Below are positions 22,290 through 33,785 of a stretch of DNA of 64,000 bases, one piece after another. Numbering within the stretch: the stretch's first letter is position 1; every line of letters begins with the position of its first letter. Origin of the DNA: Folioceros fuciformis (lineage: Eukaryota); NCBI GenBank assembly GCA_049999805.1, contig JBNGIO010006285.1:90008-154007 (forward strand), in the 5' to 3' direction. The notes under the pieces are model-generated. The model had not been told where the DNA came from. It was given only the letters and a program-made list of their open reading frames with translations, and made no database searches. A program made the position numbers and the translations under genes.

Positions 22290-24675
22290 ATGGTGCGGGC
22301 CGTAGCAGGGGACCAAGTCCTGGTGGAGCCTTTCGTGGAAGCTGTGTACCAGGCAGGGTGCTCTGTGCAGGTCAGGATCTCCCATGCGTCTTGCGTCTTT
22401 AAAGGCAAGGCACGGTTGGTGGGTCATCTCACTGGGGCTATGTGTGTTGGGCACCAGGTTGGGCTTCTGGTGGGCAAGTTTGGAGCTGAATCTCCCCGGG
22501 ATCTGGTGTTTGCTCTCATCCCGACTCCTCCGAATGACGGGGAGGACCCCGCAACGGTTGCCTCGTCCAGTGGCGATGGCAGAGGAGGAGGGGGGAGGAA
22601 AGGTGCGAAAGGCAAGCCCACTGTGGACTCGTCCTCATTGCAGATCGATGTGGAGTGGGTGGCAGAACATGGTAGGCAGGTGAGGAGGATTTCTGGAGGC
22701 CCGGGATGTACGAGGTCTTTGGATTTCAGGAATTGTGCTCTTACGTTGTTCTGGGGCTTGAATTTTCAGGTGTCTAGGATGCTCATGGGCGGGATGCAGA
22801 TTGTTGGGCTTTACGTATTTGCCACGGAGGGCGCGGTCAAGAATTCTCAGTTGATGCTGTGGCAGGTGAGAGCGAGTGTATCGGCTTTTTTCCGATCCTG
22901 GCACAAGTTCCTTTGGCTATTGGGCTTACGTTTCAGGTGTCTTGAGGAACAGGCTCTGCAAGCTGTAGCCGCAGCAGTGTCATCAGAGTCACAAGCAAGC
23001 CGGATCACGGACATGCTGTTATTGCACATATCTTTGAGCCCAAGAAGGTAGATGGGAGGGTCTCACCTGGTTTGTTTCGTTGGGAAGTCGTGATATCAGC
23101 ATGGGAGGCTGCCTCACTGCCCGATGGTTGTGTAGGTTGTCTTGTCGAAGCTGCTCATTGGGGTCGAGTTTTTCTTCTACCTTGCTAAAGCCTTGTGATT
23201 GGAAGTTGCAAAAGCTTGCTCCAAACCTGCGATCATTTGCTGCTTCCTATCACTTCAATATCAGGTGCTCACCCCATTCTCCACCCTCAGCACACGGTTC
23301 TCCTCGGGTTGTGCGGTGAGTTTCCTGGGATCTAGTGCTAACGGTACTTTGGCAATAGGATCCCTGTGACGCGCGACGGGAAGCAAGCAGGAAAATCTTT
23401 GAAAGACTCAATCTTATCTGGCATTGCACTGGAGGCTGCCCGGTTGGAGGGTGCTAAAGCCGTCCTGAATGGATCATTGGTACTCAATCTTTCCCTTCGA
23501 TGTTATGTCAGAAGTGGTTTATGTCAATCTCTCCAGAGCAAATCATATCTGCCCTATGCCATTGTAGGTCGATTCAGGAACGGATCTGCACCTGGAAAGT
23601 AAGACAGATGAGCCGCACTTAGTAGAGCTTCTGCTTCCTTTCCACCATGCTCTCAACAAAGCTGGTATGCTCCTTATCCAGTTTTTGAATCAGACATTTC
23701 TTTCTCTTCGTCCACGTTTTTTAATCGATTACTTGAATACTGGCTTTCTGTTGTCACTCCAAAATTCAGAAGAGGGCAGAAAGGTAGATGGTATTCTCAC
23801 GTTGGGCGGTTCAGTCAGTGCGCGAGCTGTTGTGCACACTAAGGAACCTTTATGGCGTGTTGTTTCTTACCTCAAGGTATGCCCCCCAAGTCTTATTTGC
23901 AGCATCTGTTTTGTATCCAGCAGCCAATGCTGATCTGATTTTGTCACAGGATGACATCATCTCCAGCTTAAGATCACGTCTAGAACTTCTTTGTGATGAG
24001 GCCGAGCAGAAAACAAACGATGCCCAGCTGGCAAAGGGTGATGTGACTGTTAGGGAACCTTCGGCTGGCAACAAAAGCCCAACGCAACATTCCCTGGAGC
24101 AGTTTCTCACAACTCGAGACAGGTAAGACTATGACCACTTCCTATCCGTTCATTCTCTCCAATTTGGATCAGCCAAACATTGTATTCCATCCCCTAACAT
24201 CAGCACCCTTTCAACAGTCCTCCTGTTTTAGAAAGGAGCTCCTGTGCGTTTCCACCTCGAGTCTTCATCCCCTGGCAAGACGGATATGTGGTCTCTGACT
24301 ACTTACTGCCAAACGAGACCCTGGAGGTAATGAAAGTCCTGTTTGCTCAAGGGTTGCCGCCTCTCCTGTCAAGTCTGTCGGGTTTCAACGAGGTTGCTGA
24401 ACTCTTGTTCTCTCCAGGATGTGCGAAGCCGGTGTCAGGAGTTGCTGGGAATAAACCTCCTTCAGACGTCTCACATTCTGGAGCCAGAGGTGGTGGCCTC
24501 GATGCCACCCACTCCTGTGCAGGAAGAGAAAGGTCACAAGGCTCCTCCATCGTCACAGGCCTCGAGAACCACCTTGGGCTGCAAGCAGCCCATATGGCGA
24601 TTTAACATGATATTTCTAGCGTCTGTTCTTTGTCTGTTCTTGTCCATCGTCCTCGCTTATCTGTGGGCCAGGTAA
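22290..24675 (+). CDS. ODR4: ODR-4-like tail-anchored protein, multi-exon
   Basis: VGLLVGK...DLVFALIPTPPND, IDVEWVAEHGRQVSRMLMGGMQIVGLYVF, DDIISSLRSRLELLCDE, and a C-terminal TM segment IFLASVLCLFLSIVLAYLW. Confidence 0.88.
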
Positions 24676-25124
24676 ACATCATGAGGAGGCTGCTTTCTCT
24701 TCTCTTCAAGGGTCCGGCAACTCAAGGACCCACAGAGGCCAGACACAATGGTTGTATGCACTACCTCATGCCAGGTAACAAAAGAGAAGTTTAGGGTTTT
24801 GCATCTTTGTCACCGGCTTCATCCTCCCATGCCTTGGCCATGAAGCCCAAACCCACCAAGATCGATTATGAAATGTCCCCTTCCCTTCCTCCTCCCAAGA
24901 GAGTGACAAGACGACGTCACGTTTTGACTTCATGATAAAGAAGGTTTCCTCTCCCTTCATGCAGTCAGGAAGTGCAGGACTTGGTAACCTACACATTATC
25001 TTATAGGCTGAAATTTTTTCATTAGTAATTTATTTCGGATTAAAATAAGATAAGTAATTCTGAAGATTTTTATCAATCTAAAACACGAGTTTGGGTCACT
25101 TGAGCTGATCCCTATATATACCTC

Positions 25125-25292
25125 TTGTCTACACTTCGGACATTGCTTTGATATTGTTTGTCTACACTTCAGACATTGCTTTGATATTGTTTGTCTACAT
25201 TTCGGAGATTGCTTTGATATTGTTTGTCTACACTTAGGACATTGCTTTGATATTGTCTAGAAGGGACATTGCTTTGATATTGTCTAGAAGGG
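25125..25292. repeat. 33-bp minisatellite (4 copies plus shorter derivatives)
   Basis: ttgtctacacttcggacattgctttgatattgt repeated without spacers. Confidence 0.85.
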
Positions 25293-25847
25293 AAGCTAAG
25301 TAAGCGAAGCTTCATAAGATGAGAAGTGAGTGGCCTTAATCAAAAAAAGAGCATTCCTAAACAAGTTTAAGTACCTGCTTTAGATGAATATATATAGCAT
25401 AGGTGATGATACCCAATATCATGTGAGCATATTATCAAAGCATCCGGTCCTTCTAGGTCTTCAAACTCTCATAATATCCAATCAGTCTATTCCTCTATTG
25501 TGAAGGACAATACTTAGTATGCACAACTATGGAACAAAGTGAATCTTGTTTTCATACAATCTATGAATATTCTTCTTGATACCATATTGGGCACTACAAT
25601 TTTCTTAATCATAATCTTTCCCACGACATTGATATTGCTACAAGATTTAGAATACATGGAAGATTTCCTTTGGTTAAGCATGTATAAATTTTCTTGGGCA
25701 ATGTCATCTTGTAGTTCGATGATATCCAAAAACATAGATTGATTTTGGGTTCCAATCCTAGTTCTAGTTTGGTATTCTATGGTGTGATTTTGAGTTTTGT
25801 GAAAAGCTGACCTTGGGATCATTACACAATATTGCGCTACCAATAGA

Positions 25848-28076
25848 ATGCAAGGGATATCTGATCATCTAATGAATGGAGAATCTCGTGGGAAACAACC
25901 ACGTCCCATGGAGGATGGGAACTGGGTTTGTGATGATCTTACATGCAACAATGTCAACTATCCAAGAAGAACAGAGGTAGAATGCACGTTTTGTCGATCT
26001 ATGAGGTCTAATTGTCTCGCCCAAAGTACCAATCTTTGAGCCCATGAACATCTTGTATGATCAATGTTTGTGACAGTGTAATAAATGTGGTAAACGAAGA
26101 GGAGCTTTAGGTGATGCGATTGTGAAAGCTTACATTGAGAGCTTAAAGATTGCTAGAGGAGAAATACTCCCTCACTCATCAGTGATGTTACAAGGGGTAA
26201 GATATTTCATATTTCCACGACTACTTTGCACAACACATTAGCCCAAACAAGACCCACATTCATGCTTGAGTTGATTGAAGAATGTAAAGTGGTTATTGGT
26301 TCAGTAAATTTTGAATTTTGGTTTTTCTTTTGAAGGGTTTTGTGTTTTTCTTCTTGGGTTGTTTTTGTCTTAGAAGAAGTTGGTATGGAAACTAGGATTA
26401 AGGAATAATTTGTGAACATTGGAAGAGACATGTCGAGCTTCATCTTCATAGATAATTATGAAGATCATGCTAGAAACCACTACACTTAACACTGCTGGTA
26501 GTCACATTTGTCCTTGCTAGTGTTATCTTGATGTAGATAGAAGAGACTTGGAGTTTGAAATATGGCCCCTATCTTGTTGTGTACTACAAATAGCAGGTTG
26601 GTGGTGACCGTCTTGGTATGACTCGAGGTATAATAACTCATAGTGAATCTCAACAAGCTATAATCTCCTCTACTTCAAGTCTCAACAATGAGCTTGAGCC
26701 TTGGATGGGAGGAGTGTATGAACAAACACCATCATTCGCATCACAATATATCACTGGAGATGGTGGTTTGTCGGGAAGAAGGTCTACCCTCAGGTATGTA
26801 AACACTTGTTCTTAGTTTTGCCATTACAAAACCAAGAGTTTCCCAAATTCAAACAATCTTATGTTAGTGAAACAAACATCTTTCTTTCTTCCTCAAGAGC
26901 TTGCATTCAAATTCATAGGCCAGCATGCACTTGGTTTTATGAAACATGAAGACCAAGTGTTCATTCGTTGTTCTAATTCTAAAGCTTGTCTAGTCAAACT
27001 CTTTCAAGTTCAAGATTTTCAACTACTAGCTTCCACACTAATTCAATGTACTGTGCTGTTTTATTATGTTATGTTATGTTCTATTATGTAATGGTTTTCC
27101 TAGAATTTCTTCCCAGAGTGTGATTGAAGGTTGGTATGTTCAAAGAGAGGTTGTGTTTGAGAGTGTTATTCAGTACTATAGCTGAATGTGACATGTGACT
27201 ATCCTTTACCTATTACTTGTTTCTACTATAGTGCTGCAACAGAAGGGAAACGACTAGCAGAGCAGTTGGTGGCATCGTTTGCGGCATCCACTGATCCTGT
27301 GGGAGATGCTGGAGAATGCCTTGCTTCCGCTGCATTATGGCTTCAGACCATGAAATCTAGGATGCAGACAAGGGATGGAGGAAACATATCCTCTACTACA
27401 TTAGGACTATCGGGAGTTGCACCCACATCCACAGTTAATAATGCAGTGAGCCTCTTGACACCTCCTCTTGGCTCGAATTCTGGGGTTGGAAATCTCCCCA
27501 TGGCATCGACAACTCCATTGTACACCACGGGAGGAATGCTAGGAAATTTCGGTCCAGGTGCACGAGGAACCTCAAATCTAGGTTATTTTTCCACACAAAG
27601 ATCTATACTACCTCAACCCAACTTGCGGTTTGAAGATTACAAAGACCGTCCTAGTGATTTTTTGAGAGTAATGGATCTTCACACTTCGTGCAATCCTTTC
27701 AACTAGATCTTTGTTCATTCATGTAATTTGTTCCCCTTATATATTATAGGAGTTTGGAGACCCTGCTGCTGTAAGTGCAACAGCTATGGGAGGTGGGCAA
27801 AGGCCGGAATCGGGTGTGAACGGAAATTGGGAGTGTGAGGACTGCAAGAATGTGAACTTTCCAAGGAGGTATTTTATGTCTACCCACATGACACATCACT
27901 AAGAATAGTTGCTACTCAAACCTACAGGAAGAATTTCACAATCTAACACTTAATATATTTGGTTTGTTGATAGAACCAACTGCTTCCAATGTAATAAGAA
28001 AAGAGGGCCCAAGGGAGAAGAAATTGTGAGAAAGTATGTCCGCAATCTTATGGAAGATATTGGAGTGGTGAGGTGA
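25848..28076 (+). CDS. Protein with two RanBP2-type zinc fingers, about 6 exons
   Basis: GNWVCDDLTCNNVNYPRRTE|CNKC and GNWECEDCKNVNFPR|RTNCFQC, each completed across a GT-AG intron. Stop TGA at 28074-28076. Confidence 0.8.
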
Positions 28077-28334
28077 TTTTTTTTTATCACAAACCTAATC
28101 TGATTTCAGGAGTCCGGGTGTGAGAGACATTCCCCTCTAGAACGCAGTACAAATTTTGGTCTTGGTAGTAGTCACACAGTTGGTAGCTTATTAAGGTGAA
28201 GCAATTTCTAAAAAAGCTTTTTCTTTCTTTCTTGCTTTCTTTTCTGCTCGACGATTGCTAGCGCCTCTACGCAGGAGCTTCGTCCCGCATTTCTCCGATC
28301 GTCCATGCCGCAACTTCGTGAATCGCGGCTGAGA

Positions 28335-28600
28335 ATGTTGTGCTTACTTTGCTTTGTTTGAACGATGACTTCGAATACTGGAAGCAGGCTACGTCACGTA
28401 GGGACACAGTCGCGTCCGCTTTTTATGTGGACATTGGATTAAGGTCACAGCAACANNNNNNNNNNNNNNNNNNNNNNNNNNNNNNNNNNNNNNNNNNNNN
28501 NNNNNNNNNNNNNNNNNNNNNNNNNNNNNNNNNNNNNNNNNNNNNNNNNNNNNNNATGTTGTGCTTACTTTGCTTTGTTTGAACGATGACTTCGAATACT

Positions 28601-28649
<49 letters not shown>

Positions 28650-28823
28650 GGACATTGGATTAAGGTCACAGCAACACCAGACCAGCTGGCGGAGAACGCT
28701 GCGCTTACGTTGCTTTGTTTGAACGATGAATTCGAGTACTGGAAGCATGTAGGGACACAGTCGCGTCCGCTTTTTGTGTGGACATTCGATTAAGGTCACA
28801 GCGACACCAGACCAGCTGGCGGA
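28335..28823. repeat. ~130-140-bp tandem repeat (at least 3 copies) spanning a 100-N gap
   Basis: tgctttgtttgaacgatga..tcga.tactgg and gtggacatt.gattaaggtcacagc each occur three times. Confidence 0.75.
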
Positions 28824-28825
28824 CA

Positions 28826-30482
28826 ATGGCCGAAATTTTCATTCTGGCAGCCTTCATCGCTGCTTCTCTACTTACGTGTGTCGCTTGTCAACCACAAGGA
28901 AACATGGCAGCAAGTTTCTTTTTGTTCGGGTATGTTGGACTCGTTTGCAAGGCAGAAAATGCTGTGGAGCTTCCGAAGCTGTAGCCTGCTTTCTCCCTTT
29001 CGAAGGCAATCTGAATGTGGCTTCACCAGATGGATAACTAGGCCCCCCCTGCTTGTTACAGACGTGTCCATCTGCCTGCTGGAAATTGGAATGTAGGAGC
29101 CTGTGAACTCGAGATCTTCGTGAAGATTGGTGAGCATGTAAGAAACTTCAAGGTTTTCAGATCTTAAGAGTTTCGCCGTGAGATGTCAGCCAATGCTCGT
29201 CACAATTCTGAGATTTTCTTGAACAGGTCTGGCAGCAGCCGCTGGACAGGGCGCACTACGTTTTCCAGGTGCCGGCTGGTCTCTCTACCGGAATGGTAGG
29301 AATTTTAGGTATCTCTATGAGAAGACATCACCAATTGTGGGAGACTGTGTGGACTCAGCCCTTTGCTGTTGAAGGTATCACATAAATTGCCTGTGCTACT
29401 ACTACATACCTAGTTGGAGCGAGCTTGTTGCTAGTCGCATCTTGCCTTTCCCAAGCTACTGCTATTGACGCCTCAGCTTCTGGCACAGGAACGCAAGGCT
29501 CATTCATGGAGTTGCGAGAACTTGATGCGGATGTCTCGCAGATTGCACCGTTGTTAGAGAAGTGTTCCTCGTGGCGAGGTATCTACCAGAACCTGACCTT
29601 GATCAACCTCGTTCCGGTGACTTATCAGCAAAGCCTTCCAACGTTTTTGGCTGTGTCGTTGCAACAGGCTCCGCAATTATATCCGTCATTGTTGAAAATT
29701 TTCACAATAAGTATGACTCCGCAGTATCCCTACTTGTGTTCAGTTATACTGCACACAAGAATTCGTCTTGCTCTGCGTTCCACTGGCGTGAACATACCTG
29801 TCCCTGTAACAGACGATCTAGTGAGTGTCTCAGGCCTGTTCCTTCCCCCTCGCTTTCCAGTATTTGTCAACTTTGCTTCCTTTTATTGTTGCTCTGTCTC
29901 GCACTTGCAGCTAGTCAAGCTGCAGCTGACGCAGACGTACGGAGCACAGCGTTGGTCCTGTTCTCGGGATCCCCACTTACAGAGGGAGCACATTCGAGCA
30001 GATCAACCTCTCTTCAGCTGCTTGAGCAGGACGATACTTCCATCCACCGGGCAGGCGTACTGCAGGAAAAGGGACCACTGGTCGTGGGGTCCATTTTCAT
30101 TATCCTGGGCATCGTGCTTTGCCGTACGAGGTCGCCATGGATACATGATTGTAAAACGGGCCCAGTTTCCGCACGCCAAACCTTGCGCAAAGGGCCTTGG
30201 CAAGTAAGAACGTGCTGCCCAACCGCAGGAGGAACAGTCCGAGGGCAATCTTCGAGAAACAGGAACGGCAATACATTGCTGTGCTCCGGGGAAGGATGCC
30301 TACGGGATGCTTGGGAGGAAGCGGAGTTACGATTGAGTGAGATTGCCAGCTCTCGTTCCGAAGGATGCTGCTTCTATTACAATTGTTACTCACAAAGCTG
30401 CTCGTCTCATACGAAACACATTCCCCATCCTGGCAAGTGGAACAGAGACAACACAGGCCGCCTCATCAAGACTCCGAGCTAG
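28826..30482 (+). CDS. Possible orphan secreted or single-pass membrane protein; exon structure unresolved
   Basis: Signal-peptide-like MAEIFILAAFIAASLLTCVACQP at 28826, a GT-AG intron at 29821-29910, and a TM-like LVVGSIFIILGIVLC in the 29562-30482 frame. No recognisable domain. Confidence 0.3.
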
Positions 30483-31187
30483 AAGACTGTTCTGACAGCA
30501 GGCTGCAGCAAGGTCCGAAACTAGCACTCTGGGATCATTCTGCTATCTGCAGACGAGTCTACGTTTCCCACGCGGTATCAGCCTATTCCTATCCCTCCGA
30601 CCGGTGCTTGATCGTGGAAAATCAAGAGATCCTCACGGTTACAGGTCAGGTCAGTCAGTTCGGGAGGGGGAATGACACGATAAACTTCGTTCCAGGTGCA
30701 CAGTGGACCTGATGGAAAAAGGATTATCTTTAAGTCGTACAATCTATGTAAAAAATTTAGGAGCTCAAGAAACTGTCATCGGAAGGCAGGCTGGACAGTA
30801 AGTGTTCGCGGTCGGCAGAAACCTAAAATGCGAATGCGGGGGCCTGTGAAGGGCTTGGTGCTGGTGTCGTCAGGGTTTAAGGTTTTACGGAGGTTGTGAG
30901 GGCGTGACTGCACCTTCGGACAAGGATCGGCCGCGGCCGGCAGCTCGCCACTTCTGATAAGCGCTCAGGTAGACGACTTGCTTGCCTTCACCTGTCTCCA
31001 GTCTATGCGTGTTGTCTTCTCGTCTTGTCATATCCTGTCCTGTCCCACTTCACACTGGCGGCGGGTGTGCTGTGGGGACCGACGTTGTGTCCTGCAATGC
31101 AATGGAGGCGATCCAGCGGGGGGAATCGGATTGGCTAACGTAGCGCAGTGGGGAGCAGGTGGGAGGAGGTATGCAAGGAGCGTGGAT

Positions 31188-33230
31188 ATGCAGATTGTGA
31201 ACCAGAAGGTGTGGGCCACCAGCATGAACCGCACGCTGCTGAAATTGCCCTCGCTGCGGGTTGCGGAATGGTGCAGGCCGGGCAGCTGGGGCCGCTTGCT
31301 GTCGGAGAATGTGAACACCGCCCCCGGGAGGCCCACTGCGGCGGGGCCAGTGTGGCGGGGCAGAGCCAGAGCATTCTCGGTGACGGCGGCGGCGGGTCCC
31401 GTGGAGGATCTGGCGGACGGGGGTGGGAAGAAGGTGAAGCGGCTGTCGCGTGAGGAGAGGGCAGCGCTGGTGGAGTCGTTCGTGCTCCAGCACCGGGAAG
31501 CACACGGAGGGGAGTTCCCCACCACCTCTCTCGTGGTGAAGGAGGTGGGCGGCGGGCGCCAGATCGTGAAGGATATTTTGGATGCTCTACAGAAGCAGCT
31601 GGTGGGGCACGAGGCCGAGGTGGAGGCGGAGCAGAGCGAGCCCGGGCCTTTGTCGGCTGCTCCTGGCTTGCGGGTGAATGGGGTGAAGGGAGGCAGGGTG
31701 GAGGAAGGAGAGGGTTTAGGAAAGGTGGGCACTGTGAAGGCCGAGGCTTTGGAACAGGAGGAGGCGGAGGATGAGGAGGAACGGTTTGAGGGTTTAGGGT
31801 TGGAGGAGTTGGTGGGCTCGGAGGATGGTGACCATCAGCAGGAGGATGAGGATGAAGGCGAGGCTGAGGACGGGGACGAGGATGAGGAGGAAGCGTCGGA
31901 GGAGAAGGAGCCGGTTTTGCCTGCAGCTGTGAATGGGAGGAAAGTAGAGGGGACGAGGAGAGGGGAGGTTGAGAGTCAAACTTCCTTGAATTGGGAGCGG
32001 TTGCGTGCTATTGGGTCGAATAGGCGGCAGGAGACCCAGGGTGGGGATGTGAAGCCGAGGCAAGCGGCTCCTGTCAAGATGAGCTTTTTTGATGGGGAGT
32101 ACGACGATGATGAGATTGCTGAGGACCCTGTGTCTAGGTCGGCTGTGAAAAGCGTTGGGAATGGTGGCGCGGTTGGGCACAAGGAGAAGATCGCTGAGAA
32201 TGCCAACGGGTTGTTTATTCGGTATCTGCCCCCGTCGGCTTCGGTGCAGGATATTAGGGATGCGTTCGATATGTTCGGGGAGATAACTAGAGTGAATATG
32301 GTGCCTCCCAGGAGACCGGATTCCAAGTTCACGTTTGGGTTCGTGAATTTCAAGACCGAGAGTGCCTTCACTAATGCGTTGCATGCGGAGAATATCTTCA
32401 TCCGTGGGTCGAGGGTGAAGACAGAGCCGCAACAGAAGGACACTCGGTTTTTGAAGCAGGAGGGGTTTGGGGGAAGTGATGAGGCCGGGCTGGATGCAGG
32501 GTTGAGGCAAGAGCGTGCCTCCTCCAGAAGTCTACACGCAGGGCCGCAAAAATGGAGCGTTGGCTTTGCGGTGGCGGTGGAGAACCTGCCGGTGGATGTG
32601 TCGGTGATCCATGTGAGGGAGTCCATGTCTGCGCACGGGGAAATTCTGGACTCGTTTGCGAGGCGTGGTCCGGCTGGAGTAGTGTGCTTCGTGGAGTATA
32701 AGACGGAGGAGGCGAGGGAGAGTGCCCTGGCTTCGAGGTTCATGGAAGTCCCTGGTGGAGGAGAGCCTTGTAGGATTACGAGAGTGGACGACCCCGTGTC
32801 CCCGGTTGTCCGCCTCTCCAATTTCGCTCCTGACACCACCGAGAGCACGTTGTTATCGTACTGTCGGAGGTTCGGGCAGGTGGACAGAGTAGTCTCTAGA
32901 AGGGAAGGCGTTGCGGATGTCTACTTCAACGACGCCGAGCTGAAGCAGATGAACAGGATTTTGAACCATCTCAACAGCGTCACGATGCATCAGAGGAGAT
33001 GGCGAGCTCGTCTTGCTCCCAGATTATCTGCGCTAGGTGCATCAACCATTTTGAAGACGCCCTCGGGGCAGGATTGGGTCAGGACCCAGCAACTGAGAAC
33101 CCTTGCAAATGTTGAAGAGGCGTTGAAGAAGCTAGCAGTCGACGTCGAAGATGCCCGCGACCTGCTGTCTCTGGTGGAGACGCCACCTTCCAGAATCAGA
33201 GACGTCCATTCGAATCTTCTTAGAAACTAA
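31188..33230 (+). CDS. Intronless organelle-targeted protein: At3g52170-like HTH domain, acidic linker, three RRM-like domains
   Basis: KRLSREERAALVESFV..H...HGGEFPTTSLVVKEVGGG, then RNP motifs LFIRYLP/FGFVNF, VAVENLP/CFVEY and VRLSNFA/ADVYF. The ORF is open from 30978, so the ATG choice is tentative. Confidence 0.85.
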   Translation: MQIVNQKVWATSMNRTLLKLPSLRVAEWCRPGSWGRLLSENVNTAPGRPTAAGPVWRGRARAFSVTAAAGPVEDLADGGGKKVKRLSREERAALVESFVLQHREAHGGEFPTTSLVVKEVGGGRQIVKDILDALQKQLVGHEAEVEAEQSEPGPLSAAPGLRVNGVKGGRVEEGEGLGKVGTVKAEALEQEEAEDEEERFEGLGLEELVGSEDGDHQQEDEDEGEAEDGDEDEEEASEEKEPVLPAAVNGRKVEGTRRGEVESQTSLNWERLRAIGSNRRQETQGGDVKPRQAAPVKMSFFDGEYDDDEIAEDPVSRSAVKSVGNGGAVGHKEKIAENANGLFIRYLPPSASVQDIRDAFDMFGEITRVNMVPPRRPDSKFTFGFVNFKTESAFTNALHAENIFIRGSRVKTEPQQKDTRFLKQEGFGGSDEAGLDAGLRQERASSRSLHAGPQKWSVGFAVAVENLPVDVSVIHVRESMSAHGEILDSFARRGPAGVVCFVEYKTEEARESALASRFMEVPGGGEPCRITRVDDPVSPVVRLSNFAPDTTESTLLSYCRRFGQVDRVVSRREGVADVYFNDAELKQMNRILNHLNSVTMHQRRWRARLAPRLSALGASTILKTPSGQDWVRTQQLRTLANVEEALKKLAVDVEDARDLLSLVETPPSRIRDVHSNLLRN

Positions 33231-33473
33231 AGTGGCTAGACAAGTGTCTCTCGTGTCCTCCACCGAGGCCTCCCCTACGTCCTGTCCTAAGGCGGGAACA
33301 TTTTCTTCCTCTCCGGAATGGATATAGCTCGCACATAGATTTTGAGCTTTCCGCGTTGCGCAATTTCTAAGAACGATTTTTCGTTGTTGGCGTCCCGGTC
33401 CCAGCCCTAACCAGGCAGGAAGTATCAGGTGACTGAGATCCTTGTCGCCTGCCGCCGCGAACTGGCTGACCTC

Positions 33474-33680
33474 ATGCCTCGCTTCAGCAATGGTGCAGTG
33501 GCGTCGAGCCTTGTGGTCTTAGCAGGAGTCTTCTTCTCCCTGCCTTTCTTCATCAGAACGTCGCAAAAGGTCCCCGTCATCGACTCCAGCAAGCCATTGT
33601 CTCCCCAGGCGGTTGGGCGAGGTCCGTACATCAACACTGGTTCTCGTGACATCGGCCCTGATCCAGCACACCGGCGCTGA
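33474..33680 (+). CDS. 68-aa conserved plant microprotein with one TM helix, function unknown
   Basis: TM segment followed by PVIDSSKPLSPQAVGRGPYINTGSRDIGPD, a motif I recognise from small uncharacterised green-lineage proteins. Confidence 0.75.
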   Translation: MPRFSNGAVASSLVVLAGVFFSLPFFIRTSQKVPVIDSSKPLSPQAVGRGPYINTGSRDIGPDPAHRR

Positions 33681-33785
33681 AGTGGAGAAGCTTGCGGTCG
33701 GGCCTGCACTGTGATGTTTCATGGTGCTTGAGGGATGCCCGGAGGGACGCAGCCGCTGCAATAGTGAAGGTGAATTCGCGGTAAA

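Noticed and set aside
25125-25292. 33-bp repeats (and the 21-, 23- and 57-bp arrays) as CRISPR arrays
   Set aside because: No unique spacers, no cas genes, and a eukaryotic context.
28603-28645. 43-nt poly-T as a retroposon poly(A) tail
   Set aside because: It replaces exactly 43 nt of normal sequence present in the first repeat copy (28382-28424) and lies beside an N gap, so it is most likely an assembly artefact.
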